DNA from: Eledone cirrhosa
Taxonomy: Eukaryota
Length of the DNA: 64,000 nt
Assembly: GCA_964016885.1 (NCBI GenBank)
Contig: OZ024747.1
Coordinates: forward strand, 19,406,001-19,470,000
Direction of reading: 5' to 3'
Below are positions 10,419 through 24,384 of the stretch, one piece after another. Position 1 is the stretch's first letter, and each line of letters begins with the position of its first letter. The notes beneath the pieces are model-generated. The model had not been told where the DNA came from. It was given only the letters and a program-made list of their open reading frames with translations, and did no database searches. The translations under genes and the position numbers were made by a program.

Positions 10419-10496
10419 ACGTTCTTCTGCAGTTTCCGTCTACAAAATTCCACTGACAAGGTATTGGTCAATCCGAAGCTATAGCAGAATACACTT
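10418..10496 (-). mobile_element. SINE fragment, family S3
   Basis: Reverse complement reads AAGTGTATTCTGCTATAGCTTCGG..GACCAA..CTTGTCAGTGGAATTTTGTAGACGGAAACTG. Related pieces at about 49950-50075 and 53820-53950. Confidence 0.5.
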
Positions 10497-10547
10497 ATAT
10501 ATAAGTATATATATGCATGTTTGATTGGGTGTATGTACAAATGGATA

Positions 10548-10707
10548 TAGTTCAAGAATAGATGAAATAAACACTGAGATACTTACGCAAAGTTTTATTA
10601 GTTTCGCGCTTATGGAGAAGTAAATTAGGGTTTCGACGTTTCGGACGGAAGTCCTTCGTCAGCAAATGGAGAGTTCGGTGATAGCGAGAGAGAAAGCGAT
10701 GGAGAGT

Positions 10708-10790
<83 letters not shown>

Positions 10791-11130
10791 AGAGATACAT
10801 TGATATATAGAGAGATAGGGAGATAGATAGATAGATAGATAGGAGAGAGAAAGGGAGAAACCCGGCACAACGGAGTTTGCTAAAAGAACGCTGGGGAGTG
10901 TAGGTGACTAGTCCTATGTGTGGGGTGTGTCAGAGGTGGAGACTTATGTTGTGTTGTGGGAGCTTTATGCATGTGTGCATTACGAGGATGCGCATTATTG
11001 CTTCTTTTGTGTGCTTTGTGCATCATTAAGGGAAATGTGCGCGTGTGTGTGTCTGCTTGTGTCTGTGAATTGATTGCATTGTTTGTCAAGCTGCATCTGT
11101 CTCATTAGGTAGTTTCTATATAACAAACCC
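10548..11130 (-). mobile_element. PLE-like element with HHR and CT/CA-rich body
   Basis: Contains the HHR at 10635-10662. The tail motif TTTATTAGTTTC(G/A)CGCT is shared with the GIY-YIG-bearing element at 41075-42660. Confidence 0.6.
10635..10662 (-). ncRNA. Minimal hammerhead ribozyme core
   Basis: CTGACGA-A-GGAC TTCC GTCC-GAAACGTC; stem I weak. Confidence 0.7.
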
Positions 11131-11141
11131 AAAATGAGTAT

Positions 11142-11183
<42 letters not shown>

Positions 11184-14100
11184 TATACATATATATATAA
11201 GCATATATATATATGCATATATGTATATACATACACTGATATATATATATATATATATGTATATTGTCGGTTCATATTGATTGGATTGGATATCTGTGCT
11301 GACTTGTGCAGGAAAATGTACACAAGGGACCCTCCATAAAGGCTATCATTCTAAAGGGATGCTTATTAGGTATGGAGAAAGCGGAAATATTTATATTAGA
11401 TTGGCGTGAGTGGGTGTAAAATGTTGCCAGCGAGTTCAGAATTATCCGTAAATGGGACATGGGGAATAAACGATGCATCTATTATTCAAAAGAGGAACCA
11501 TGTTGAATTATTTTTTTTAATCAGTCGAAAAGGTAGAGTGTCCAATATTTGCATGAAACCAAGGCTGTGCTGTCTTATATATTATATAATGTTTCGATGT
11601 GAGTCTGCATAAGATCAGAACTAATGTTTCTAGAGGATCTGGAAATGAAAATTTGGATTTCAGAATTGAGGATATTATTTATGTATGTGAAGCCACAGCG
11701 GCAATTTGGCAGATTCGTTATAATGTCAGAGAGAATGCTTCATTGTATTCAGTCATGTTCCATGTAGTCATTGTTCTACACAGCCAAGGTCAACTTTGCC
11801 TTCCATCAAATGGTGATTGACAAATATAGTACCAGTCGAATACTGGGGTATTTTTCTTCTGCATATCTTCGCGGTAACTCCTCTAACTTTCACTCGCACA
11901 CTCATTTTCTTTGAAGGAAATCAGATGTATTCAGGCAAACAGAATGATGGGTTTTGTTAGTTTAAAGTGTCCAAGACACACTATATATCACTATGGCATC
12001 CTTACACCTCGCAGTTACGGGTCCAATGTGAAATATGGTATATTTAGTTAAGTGCTGTAAACACTTAAGTTTGTTCCATGGAGATGTTTCATTCATATGC
12101 ATACTGACTATTTTTCTGATGGGGAAGAAGGTATGGTCTCCACAACACCATTAAATCATGTTTTCGAGATATATTCTCAACAACAAATGTCAGCCAGTCT
12201 GATGCCTGCAAACACTTACATGTATCTGGTACATTCTCTGCAATAAAACAAAGCAGCTTACCTGGCACACGAAATCACTTGTATGCAAGTGGTACTCATG
12301 TAGATGCATAGTAGTATTTGTGTATAGAAGTAATAACAAGTGAATTAGTAACGTGTAGAGAGATCAGGTATTTTAGACTAAGCAGGCAGCATAGTTAGCT
12401 GATATTAAGTAGTAGCTGAATCAGTGAAAAACGGTACTAACCAGTGGAAAGGTAGGAGATGGTGGAAAAAGTTGATAGCTGTGTAAACAGTTGATAGGTG
12501 TACTTACAGTGGTCAAGTGTGTTTGGTGTGTGTAGAATAATGATTTATGGGAATACTGACTCATGTACGCAGTCAAAAATAATAAATGCTTCGACTCGTG
12601 TTATAAAAGTAGAAGAGGTCAGTTTTGCCTTCCTTCTTTCAGAAGTCGATAAAATAAAGTTCGAGTCAAGTCCGAAGGTTGATTTAGTCAACTTTACTTC
12701 TCCCCAAAACTTGCTGGCCTTGTGCCTCAATTAGTAATTACAATTATGTAGTGAAGGGCTTCTGATTGGAAACATTTTTTTCTTGCATATTATTCCAATT
12801 GGAAGGCGCTCTCGGAATATATTGTGATATTCATTTAAATAATTTCAATATAAGTAAAAATACTAAAGTCCCCCCAAAGAGCAAGGTGATGGTATTATAT
12901 ATGGATACTTACTATTTATGTATCAATAGCTTACATTGTAAAGCTGTATTTCAGAAAAATATAAAATTATATTCCTGTCGTTCCACAAGCCTTTAGATAT
13001 TAGCTGACGCCTTTTTCTTGCATTCAGATGCAAAATACTCTAAGGTATGCCGAAGTGACATTCGCTTATATTCTTTTTTTCATGAAGCTCTATCGGATTT
13101 ACCTAAATCTATTTGGCTAACCATTGGATTTAATAACAGAGTGGAACGGAAAACTATTTCAATTTTACTGCACCTTCTTATTTTATCTCATTTGAAATGT
13201 GATTTTTTCCACTCATAAAAAGAGAACAACTGTATATAATCTGCATAAGCAATTTAATTAGAAAAGTCAATGCAGATAGGCATATTCTCTAGAGAAAAAT
13301 ATAACTTCTTTACCAGATTTCTTTATAATGCATTTACTAAAAATGCCTATCAAATCGCCCACATAAGCTACCCTAATACATATTCGTTTATCCTTTCGCA
13401 ACTTTGATAGTTTCAACACATACAAACATAAATACACACACCTGCACACACACAAACACACACACATACACCCACACCCACCCACACCCACACGCACACA
13501 CACACAGACATATATATATATATCATAAACAGCAAAAATGAAGTTATAACACTGTGTTTCACTGTGTGTCATATCCACACTATGGTATAACTCAGGTATG
13601 TTTACTTTCTTTGGAGAAATTAACAAAATGAGTTTTGATATTAAATCAATACCGCTGTGTTCAACAGAGATGCCGTTATAAGGAACGCTGAATGCAAATA
13701 ATGCAAACCAGAACGGACTAAGGGAAAGAAAAATAAGAAAGCGAAAAATCAAGGTATATAACTGAAATAAAGTAGAATGAGTTATGGTGGACAAGTGGTA
13801 AATATATTATAGATAGCTAATGCCCAAAACATTTAACTGTATTCTGTAAATCAATTCAAATAATTCTATGGTTATAATTTCGTTTCATAATTATCACTCA
13901 TATATTACTCGAGTATAGCGTATATTTATGTTATTCAATTTAGTAGATACTGGGCGTAAAATTACATTAAACAGAATATTGAAAAACACAAGAATTCCTT
14001 ATTTAACGTAAGAGGGTAATTATATGTACACTGGACCACAAAACAGTTTTTGAATTATATGCAGGATCTATTACTAGCAATATTCGGTAATCTCTAGTTT

Positions 14101-14282
14101 AAAATTGACTAATCCAGCATTAAAATCTCTAACGCGGCCACAGCTCATAAATTACATTCAGATCCATCGTCATTAAACACATTACAGAAGTTAATAGAAG
14201 ACCGATTGTATAAAGACCGAATATATTTTGCAAGTGAAGTAGTGTGATTTCCCTTCATTTATGAAAGAAGCCAGGCGTGTAT

Positions 14283-14455
14283 AATTGTTTCTACTTTTGG
14301 CACAAGGCCAGCAATTACCTAGTACATTACTGGTACTTTATTTTATCGACCCCGTAAGGATGAAAGGCAAAGTTGACCTCGGCGGGATCTGAACTCAATC
14401 GTAAAGGGACGTGACTATACTGTAAAGCCTGTCCGACCCTCTAATGACTGACAAT
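14283..14455 (-). mobile_element. SINE S1 with TSD GCGTGTATAAT
   Basis: S1 sequence; TSD at 14275 and 14462. Confidence 0.85.
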
Positions 14456-14525
14456 TTAACAGCGTGTATAATAACGTTTCTAAAGGCTTCGAGTTTACCA
14501 CGATATAAACTGTTTTCTTTCTCGG

Positions 14526-14830
14526 TTCTTCTTCTTATCGTGGCCACAAGAGTGTCGGCAACAAAGCTTGGTTAGATGTGGTTCTGCCGCAGCTAAACAC
14601 ATTGCTGTCCTTTCTCGTTAAACTCTGCCAAGTCCAATGTTGCTGTGTAGGGATGTTCTAGCAGGGGTATTATCAGGAGATTCTGCGTAGTCTGTGATTC
14701 TTTAAATATCCCTACTTTGCCAGATTGGCTTTGGGTCGACCAACACCAGGTCTTAATCTGTTGAGTCACTTCCACACTGCTTAGTTTGTATCCGTACCAG
14801 GGGGATCAGTGCCTCGCTTGCCTTTAGCTC
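14526..14830 (-). mobile_element. Decayed non-LTR retrotransposon 3' end (Vingi/Ingi-like C-terminus)
   Basis: PPG...VWK*LNRLRPGVGRPKANLAK*GY, then QTTQNLL..PLL..P...DLAEFN, ending in a short (AAG)n tail. Confidence 0.6.
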
Positions 14831-16544
14831 TTTTTCGGTAAATACTTTAGAATTATAAACATTTTCCCTAAGACTTTGTCCCTGTAAAAGTAATTTGTAG
14901 GAGTTCAATACTTATATGCTACACTGAAGGATCTATTATGAGTTTTCATATTCGGGATGTCATACTGAGAGGATCTGAAAAGGTTAGTGATCCTTTCAAT
15001 ATTCACGTTAATAGAAACCACGTTTAGTATTTTTCGATATTATATTGTATTTACTGGTACAAGAATTACGCATATATAGTTTCATTTTTCTATGGTGGCT
15101 AAAATATGCGCTCTGCACACACACACACACACACAACTATATATATCTTTATGGGTATATGGTGTGTGAATATCACTGTTAATATTTGAATATGCGATTA
15201 ACAGTTATGGAATGTTGCAATAAGCTTCACAATTCATTATATCTTACAATGATACCATCATATTATTAATTTTATAGAATCCCAGAAATTGCAGTGCTTT
15301 ACTTAAGAATAGAATACATAATGGAAATATGAATTTTAGAAGAACTATATGAATAGAGATGTACAGAGAAATGATGTGGTACGTAACGTGGCCGCCTGTT
15401 AATGTTGAAAATATTAATCTATTTTACTCGGTCTTCACTAAGTATTTTATGTTGCAGTGTGTTGCTAAATGCTTTCTCACCCAGATTATCTAATTCACTC
15501 CCGTACACACACACATTTACACACACATTTACACACGTAAATATACACAAAATCATAAACAATTGCACAAACACATACACACTAATACACACTTTACTAA
15601 CGGACCGTCTTCTGTCTTCTGTTTCCTAATGTTTGCTCTTTCTCATCCCCCATGTTCATAACTGTATATTGGAAAGGCTTCAGATTTATTTTACCTACCT
15701 CCCTGTTCTTAATGTATATTCCTGGATTGTCCCTCACTAAACAAATTATGATTTACTCATTTCTTCGTCACGTATTATACGTGTTTACTTTAGTTTCAGT
15801 CGCGTGTTTAATTAATTTCTCTCTCTAACAATTTCATTTTTTACCTCCTTTCTCTCCCTCCCTTTTTCGTATTTCTTATGTTTTTATATTCATTCTGTCT
15901 GTCAGTGTATTATCGGCTTTTCAAATTCTTTCTTACTTTCTCTCTTCTTGCACCATATTTTATGTAGCTATTTTCAACTTTCCACTTCATTCTACTACCC
16001 CTTACATTTCACACTCTCTCAGTGTTGCCCTCTTTTCGAATTTTTATGTTGCTTTGCTTCTTGTATGTCTCTAAACACTTTGGTACATACCTCAAGTATT
16101 TTATCACGTTATCACGAATAAGACTATTACGCTACCACGTCTTTTCTCTTGTGGTGTTTATTTGTTGGCCAGCTAAGACCAGCTCAATGGGTTGGTTTCT
16201 TGCAACTCTGCCATTACAGATATTGCTGAGTGTGTGATTAGTGAGTGTCACGGTGAAGATAGGAATCATTTCGGTTATTCATTTTCAGAAAAAAAACTAT
16301 TGAACGTTTGTTATTCCTCTAGTAATTTGCTGAATGTTATCATACGTGGGGTTGAAGAGTTGACAAGGAGAATATTTTTCCGACCTGCTACTTTCGTCTC
16401 CAAATATAAAATGGCCATGTTAACATATTTCGAAAATATTTTCAAATATATCTAACAAGGGATTTTAGAATAGACGCAAGAACTATTTCAACGTTGAATA
16501 GTCAGAAGAAAAAGAAAAAGAAATTGAAAAAGAAAAAAGAAGAT

Positions 16545-16692
16545 GTCGATGATGATGATAATGGTGATGATGATGATGATGGCGATGATGATGATGATGG
16601 TGATGATGATGATGACGATGGTGATGATGATGATGAAATTAATGAAGATAATGACGAAGAAGATGGCAGCAACTACGACTACAACAACGACA
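16545..16692. repeat. (GAT)n-type trinucleotide repeat
   Basis: Direct reading. Confidence 0.9.
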
Positions 16693-17192
16693 AAACAACA
16701 CGAAAGAAAAAACAAAATGCCACTCGGATTTCTGCTACAAAATGAATTCGAATATAAGAAAAATCTTTTATTTCGTGCCAAATGTTTTGAGTAACACTAA
16801 AACAAATGCATATTGCATATAGTTCCGCTAAACACTGTAGCCATTTATTTCCTATAAAAGAATTTGAATACATCTGTGAGACTAGGTTACTCATTTTACT
16901 ATTGAAGTTTGCCAATTCCTGCCCTTGTGAATTAGAGTAAAATATGAATGTACATGTTTATCGAGCTGTTTGTGTGCATGTAAATGCATGTATATGCATA
17001 TAAATGTATATGTATGTATATGCATGTGAATATATATAGATACACACACACATACATACACACACAAATATATATATATATATAAAGTATTAAAGATTGG
17101 ACACTAATATATATATACACACACAAATATATATATATATATATAAAGTATTATAGATTGGACACTACCGTAAACTCTTGGTAGATTTATCT

Positions 17193-17258
<66 letters not shown>

Positions 17259-17358
17259 GTATATATAGATATATATATTCTCACACAAATACAAAATATG
17301 TGTGTGCGTGTGAATGTATAAACAGCCCTGAACACACAAACACATACACACACACACA

Positions 17359-17390
<32 letters not shown>

Positions 17391-17885
17391 TACACACAAA
17401 CATATATAAATATATACGTTCCGCCTCTATGTACTCTTTATTTATTCTTAGTTGCCGGCATATATATTTCTCTTTCTGAATATTTGTGCAATCATTGGTG
17501 AGACCAGCTGCATTTTCTTTGCATTAACATGCATTCAAATCCTAACGATTGCTTTAGCAAAATTCGTAGTTAACCTGGCTACAAGGTTCAATTATGAAGT
17601 CAATAGGAAAACCACGTTTTAGACATTAACTATTTATTACGTGGAGACTTGTTCAGCATTCTTCTAAATACATCATAATGCAACAGCTGCCTTAACATAT
17701 AGTCAAGTGTTAGTGTTCATTTTATTTGAAATTTTACGTAAGTTTTTACATATATAGAAGCTTTGAATCCAGTAAATGTATTATATTCAAGATATGCAAA
17801 GGGTATTAACCAAACCTACATATGTCATGACGTATGAAATTCATAAATATGTAAACATTTATCGTTTATTATTTTATTTATTCAT

Positions 17886-18043
17886 GGACACCATGCTTTC
17901 CAGCATAGTTACGTCCCTTTACGGTCTGAGTTCAAATCCCGCCGAGGTTTACTTTACCTTTCATCCTTACGGGGTCGATAAAATAAAGTACCAGTAATGC
18001 ACTGGATAATTGCTGGCCTTGTGCCTAAAGTCGAAACAATTAT
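17886..18043 (+). mobile_element. SINE S1, 5'-truncated
   Basis: S1 B box, core and tail. Confidence 0.85.
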
Positions 18044-18686
18044 TTTATTTATTCATTGTAAATAAATTACATATTTGCGAGTTGATCCTAAAATTGAAGT
18101 TAGTAGTTATTGTAATACACCATTTCGTTGCGATATGTTGCAATATATTAAGAATGGCCATAAATATTTTTACATTTGATAGTAGATGATTTAAACATTG
18201 AATTTACTGAAATCCAGGTTTCTCCGGTACGTGTTATATTAATAATAGGTGGTGGGGGTTTACTTGTGTTCGTAATGTTAAAACAAGCTATAAGAATACG
18301 AAATTGTATGCTGAAAGAGATATTTTTGTACGATAGGATGTTGATAATGCCAATCAAAAAGAGACGGATCAGCTATATTTCACTTTAATTCTAAGAATCA
18401 TTAAGATAATTAGGTAATTAACCAGATAATTATATTAATTGCTTCGTTTAATCTTATCGCCTTCTTCTTGTTCACACCTATTCCATACTATTAATTCGCC
18501 TGTTCATGGTGTAATGTTGGATATGTGTACATATGAATATTCATGATTTATCTTACGTTTGTTTGTGGCTGCTCTTTGTTTATTTTTTTATTAGGCCAAG
18601 TCTAGTCTGGGACTTGTTCTTTGCTTTTTCATTTATGCGTACTCGTGTTTAGCAACACTAGGAAACACTGATACCATAGTGATACG

Positions 18687-18825
18687 AAGGTACATGGCTT
18701 AGTGGTTAGATCATTGGGCTTGCAATCGAAAGGGTGTGAGTTCAATTCTTGGACCGGGTGATGAGTTTTTTCCTTGAGTAAGACACTTTATTTTACGTTG
18801 CTCCAGTTTACTCAGCTGTAGAAAT
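18687..18825 (+). mobile_element. SINE S2
   Basis: TGGCTTAGTGG..GTTCAATTC..CCTTGAGTAAGACACTTTATTTTACGTTGCTCCAG. Confidence 0.75.
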
Positions 18826-18953
18826 GAAATGATAGGACTGGGGTCCCTATCATTAAGTCACCCAAGACATCTCCAACGAGATATACCTTGGAGGAGCCCA
18901 GCTAAACCTGCATAGGTGTGAGCTGTAATAATAACAACAGTGATACGATAGTA

Positions 18954-19160
18954 GGTCTGTTGTTATTTCATTAGTATTTCTGTTGGTCTGTTGTTATTCC
19001 ATTAGTATTTCTGTTGGTCTGTTGTTATTCCATTAGTATTTCTGTTGGTCTGTTGTTATTCCATTAGTATTTCTGTTGGTCTGTTGTTATTCCATTAATA
19101 TTTCTGTTGGTCTGTTGTTATTCCATTAGTATTTCTGTTGGTCTGTTGTTATTCCATTAG
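18954..19160 (+). repeat. 31-bp minisatellite (GGTCTGTTGTTATTCCATTAGTATTTCTGTT), about 6.7 copies
   Basis: Direct reading. Confidence 0.95.
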
Positions 19161-20070
19161 CATTTTCTAACGAGGACGTAGATGGGTTCTTTCTAGTAAT
19201 GTCTCTGTTTTTCCAATTTCGAGACGTTTGTCTGACCAAGAATTGATTTCTGTTATATTTTATTTCGTCTTAATTATCTGTTTGTAGAAAACTCTCTAGT
19301 TAAAATTGTTATTTTTATTTTTATTTCTGCTAATTGGTTTTTGTTTACTTTTCAATATTCTGTGTTCTCCCTCTTCATTTTGTTATTGTCTGACTGGTGC
19401 TGTTATATGCCTCAGGTTTACTGAGGCTCGCATGTCAGTGCTTAGAAAACTTCTTTGGAGTATAATTGTAAGAAAATATTTGGCAGAAAATGGCGCTAAA
19501 TCTCTAGAGATGAATCAACATTGTTGCTTTAAATCTTCTCCCTTATTAAGAGGAACATTTATTTCAATTTATAGTGTGTCTGTTTTGTATATAATAAATC
19601 TGTTTTGAAGTGTGTCACAGCAAGACAGAATTCTTGAAATGGATTTTGGTGGAATGGAACTATAAGATAATGATTTGCTAACATAATTTGCATAAAGTAC
19701 GTTATCAGCATTGATAAAGCCTTCCACAGTAAATAATGCATAGAAAAAATACACCAACACTTATAAAAATAACATGAAGGTTATTTGCCTCAAAATATGC
19801 TAAGTCATAACTAACAATCCACAATATAACAACTTCAATGATTGCAACAATCGGAGAAGCAGTATCTGTGATTTCCACCAAAGTAGATAATTTTGCATTG
19901 CATAATACAATTAAAATTAAATTTATATTTGGTTGCATATACCGTTTTCTACATGCCTTTTGTCTACCACATGTGCTTCATTGATTTAAAATTAATTCAG
20001 TATATATCAAAAAGCTAAGAAAATTAAATTCTCCTTGAATTTAAAGTAAACATATTTTAACACGTAATAT

Positions 20071-20496
20071 AACTAGACCTGAACAATGTGCGAGCTCAAA
20101 AGAGCCACAGAATGTTATAATAAACCTTGAAAAGTGTGGGACTAGAGTTGTTGCTCAAACATATTGTAATTATTATCTATCGTACACTATGTGGCATCCT
20201 TTTATAAAATAAAGTCTCATAACTAACTAAGCTAATGTTCAATATCTCATATTAGATGTTTAGTAATGACTAATACTAAATGCACTTAAACTGAATTCAA
20301 TATTATAAATTCACTTAAATAATTATCGTGTCGTCTTGAGTTCGTTATGAGTCTCCTTTTTGTAAAAGGATGCGACAGAGTTTACGATAGATAATGATTA
20401 CAATATTTTTGAGCAACAACTCTAGTCCCACACGTTTGAAGGTTTATTATAACATTCTGTGGCTCTTTTGAGCTTGCGCATTTTTCAGGTCTAGTT
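20071..20496. mobile_element. MITE/foldback element with about 150-bp imperfect TIRs, ends AACTAGACCTG...CAGGTCTAGTT
   Basis: 20071-20223 is the reverse complement of about 20344-20496. Confidence 0.8.
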
Positions 20497-21056
20497 TAAT
20501 ATTTTTTAAGGCAACGCTTGTAATAACTCTAGTTAAACATGATATATATTAATAATAAATTATCGTTGTAATGTAATTAGATTATATAATTGTTATTTTA
20601 TAAATGATCTTATAAATATTATTGTAAGATGTATAAAAATATTTTCAGACTTTTAATATAAGCAACTACAAAAAACAATCAATATTAAATAAATATATTT
20701 TACATACTAATTGTATAGTCGAATTAATAAAAATAAAATATTACATACAAATAGTCTAAAATAATAATAAAAAAATAATCTAACATAATAATAATAAAAT
20801 GATCTAACATAAAACGAACAATAATATGGACAAATATACAAGTAAATACCAATATTATAAGAATGTTATAATGAACTGAAAAAAAAAATAGTTAATATAA
20901 ATTTAAAAAATCATATATAAATTAACAATATAACTTACCAAAACGAGAAAAATATTTTGATGATAAAAGACGAAATACAGGAGGAAGATTCGAAAGCGAA
21001 ACGATTAATAAACGTGCAAACAAAGTGGCGGATGCTTTTGAGCAACAATTACTCTC

Positions 21057-21105
21057 ATTGGTTGATTAGCCAACAAGACGATGAAATTAGCCAATAAGAC
21101 GATAC
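21057..21105. promoter_or_regulatory. Cluster of CCAAT-like boxes (possible promoter)
   Basis: ATTGG at 21057, AGCCAAC at about 21068, AGCCAAT at about 21089, at the edge of an AT-rich block. No linked gene established. Confidence 0.2.
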
Positions 21106-22453
21106 ATTACAAAAGATGTTTAGCAGCGATCACCACGGCCAGCGAAACCCCTTGAATCTTTTATTCACAAGTTACGCATATATGTCAGACATGCAGACTT
21201 AAAACATTCTGTTGTTAGTCACTGCGTGTCTAACAGATACGTGTTTTATAAAGCTCTTTTATAATGTCGGTGATTATATATGGGGGGAATCGGATATTTT
21301 CCATTTAGAATGCACACTATTCGGTTCTCAATATTATGGAATGTAAACTAGAGTGGTTTTAATGCTTCTGGGTAGACACATTCAAGGGATTTAGAATATA
21401 TACGAGTAAACTTGTTTATTTTAAATTAAAGAGAATATAGATAATATAAAAGATGGACCATGGAATTATGTAAATGTATTTGTAAAAAGATTGCATCTTC
21501 TAAGACAATTTCAGTCACCTGGTAATTTTCAATTCATCAACAGAGGACAAAAGAATGGACATGAATCAATCGCACATAAATTATATATTAACTTGATTTG
21601 AAATTAAGAGATTATTGAACGTTCGCAATATCAGATTAAAGTGAATATATAACTATGAAACGACATTTAGATGGAAATCCATTCACAGCAAATTTAACAC
21701 CTCGCTTCCTTCAAAGAATACAATGACTACATAAGAGGATTTAATTTATGAGATGTTTAACGGGGTTATGAAAACATAACAATTATATAAAGTCATGCCT
21801 TTGGTAATAGAGATATTATAGATGGAGTTGTAGAGGAATTTCATTAAAATGCCTGAGTATTGTTGATGTTATCCGGATATCTTTCGCCACACGCACACAC
21901 ACACATATATATAGGGGCAGAGGTATGTGTCTATGTATATGTGTGTATTAGGCCAACGTTGGTTCTAATGGTGGGTGTTCTAGTGGTTTGACCAACAGAA
22001 CACACTGCTAGTGAAATTAACGTACAAATGGCTGAGCTTGATGCAAGCATGTATACATAATTGTCAATGTAATTCAGTGTGTCACAATGTAACATGATTG
22101 TCGCGGGTATTTGAGAGGGAGATTGAAAGAGAGTTCCGACTAGTAGATATAGAGAGGAGTAGACTTAAGTGTTGATATAAGTGTAGTAGTGTGTATTTTG
22201 GTAGTTTCTCCCTAAACTACGAAAACACATATATTTGGATATATCGCTACAATTTATGTACATTTTATGTTCATGGCATATCGAAGTTTTCTGACCATTT
22301 TAGAGAGCAAGGAGTTAAACTAATCACTACAACTAAAGTGTCCAAATTTACCCCGTCACCTCGCAAATCAGAAATGCTTCCACACGCCCCTGTGTATGTA
22401 TATACGTATGTTTGCATGTATATATGTATGTATGTATGATGTATGTATGTATG

Positions 22454-22711
22454 TTCTTCTGGTTTTATAATTTCACCAATGTTTGCCAATAGAGAGAGAG
22501 TCGGTTTCTAACATAGATACAAGACTCTTTCATTAGAATTTACACATCAACTAGGTAGATATGTATGTATGCATGCATGTGTAGATATGGATGTTATTCT
22601 ATGTGTGGATGTGAATTTTTGAGTTGTATGTGTGCTTAGTATCTGTACATGTGCATATACAGTTATCAGAGGCAACATATTTGGTATGTTTTACATATGA
22701 TTGTACTTGTG
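22454..22711 (-). mobile_element. R4/Dong-like family A 3' end (older copy)
   Basis: 22639-22711 matches 3-93 (GTATCTGTACATGTG..CAGTTAT.AGA.GCAA..GATTGTACTTGT). Flanked by (TATG)n. Confidence 0.65.
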
Positions 22712-22783
22712 TATGTATGTATGTATGTATGTATGTGTGTATGTATGTATGTATGTATGTATGTATGTATGTATGTATGTATG

Positions 22784-23273
22784 TTTTCTCTTTCTCTTAA
22801 TTTCGAGTATATTTTTTTGACCGGCCACCTTCCTGGTGGCAAGGTTGTAAAAGAAAAGAAATTGTCATCCCTTGAATCGCAAGAATGTTTTGCATATTTT
22901 GAAGGTGCCAGCTATCGCAGCCATTTGTAGACTATGAATTAGGGAGCTGCGCTTTTTGTCCGCAAATCCAAGTTCAGTCATACTTTGGTCCAAGCGGGTT
23001 GGTATATAACCCGTAGCACCAATAATGATGGGTATGAAGCTAAAGGTGTATCTTGGATACTGGATTTGTAAACTCCTCATCAATGGTCCGTAGATGTCCT
23101 CCTTCTCCTGTATTTTTCTGACAACGTTTACATCAAGTGGGCAGCTGATCTCCACAACAGAACACGTTTTCAATGTGTGGTCCCAAACTACAATATCAGG
23201 CCGGTTGTGCTTTAATTTGGTGGCAGTTTTTATTTTCAGGTTCCACCAGTATTCCTTAGTGCCATCTGTCTCA

Positions 23274-23275
<2 letters not shown>
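22784..23275 (-). mobile_element. R4/Dong-like family B, 5'-truncated
   Basis: KEYWWNLKIKTATKLKHNRPDIVVWD..CSVVEISCPLDVNV..EKEDIYGPL..KICKTFLRFKG. Flanked by (TATG)n. Confidence 0.88.
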
Positions 23276-23304
<29 letters not shown>

Positions 23305-23765
23305 TGTATGTATGTATGTATGTATGTATGTATGTATGTATGTATGTATGTATGTATGTACGTACGTATGTATGAATATATGTATGTGTGCATTACGTAT
23401 GTATGAATGAGTGTATGTATATATGCTTGCATATATGTATGTACGTATGTATGCATGCATGCATGCATGTATGCAAGTATGTATCTATGTGTGCATGTAT
23501 GTACGTATGATTGCATGCTTGCTTGCATGTATGTATGTATGTATGTACGTACGTATGTATGAATGTATGTATGTGTGTATGTACGTACGTATGTATGAAT
23601 GTATGTACGTGCGTATGTATGTATGCATGCTTGCATGTATGCATGTACGTATGTATGCATGTATGTCTGTATGTACGTACGTATGTATGTATATATGCAT
23701 GCTTGCATGTATGTATGCATGCATGTATGTATGTTTGTATGTATGTACGTGTGTATGTACATATG
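23276..23765. repeat. Long, partly degenerate (TATG)n/(CATG)/(TACG) array
   Basis: Direct reading. Confidence 0.95.
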
Positions 23766-24191
23766 TGTGTGTCTGAGTGTGCGTGTAATTTTTGAAATTA
23801 CGTATATATATGTAGCGTATTCATATATGTATGTCTCTAATTTCGGAAATATATATTTTATTTTCCCATCATTTCAAAATTCGTTCACATAAAACAGGAT
23901 ACCTAAATTCTTAAAAATCTTTTTATTTACTAATTTATTTTAGTTTATTTCGATTTTTTTAACACCGTAAATGGAAAAGCTGTAGCTATATCTGCTTTTA
24001 TAGGTAATACCGTTAATGTTGCGTATTTTCATATTATTTATTACACTCATGTTATTTATTACATTTTATATTTTCTCTGCCTTTATGATGTTAACATTAT
24101 TGTTGCTTTTCGAATTGGTGATTTTCTGCTGTTCATTACTTTTCAGTTATCATTGATTCCATTCCCTTGTTATAACTATTATTATTATCGA

Positions 24192-24383
24192 AGGGCGGTG
24201 GATTGTCAGTATCGGTAGAGGGTCTGACGCCATGCTTTGCAGCAAAGTGTTACGGCCCTTTATGGCCTGAGTTAAAATCCCGCCGAGGTTAACTTTGCCT
24301 TTCATCCTTACGGGGTCGATAAAATAAAGTACCAGTAATACACTGGGATAATTGCTGGCCTTGTGCCAAAAGTAGAAAGAATT
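24192..24383 (+). mobile_element. SINE S1 (first of a tandem pair)
   Basis: Full S1 sequence. Confidence 0.9.
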
Positions 24384-24384
24384 A

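Noticed and set aside
21500-21790. Protein-like reading frame downstream of the CCAAT cluster
   Set aside because: It has many stops and no recognisable motif.
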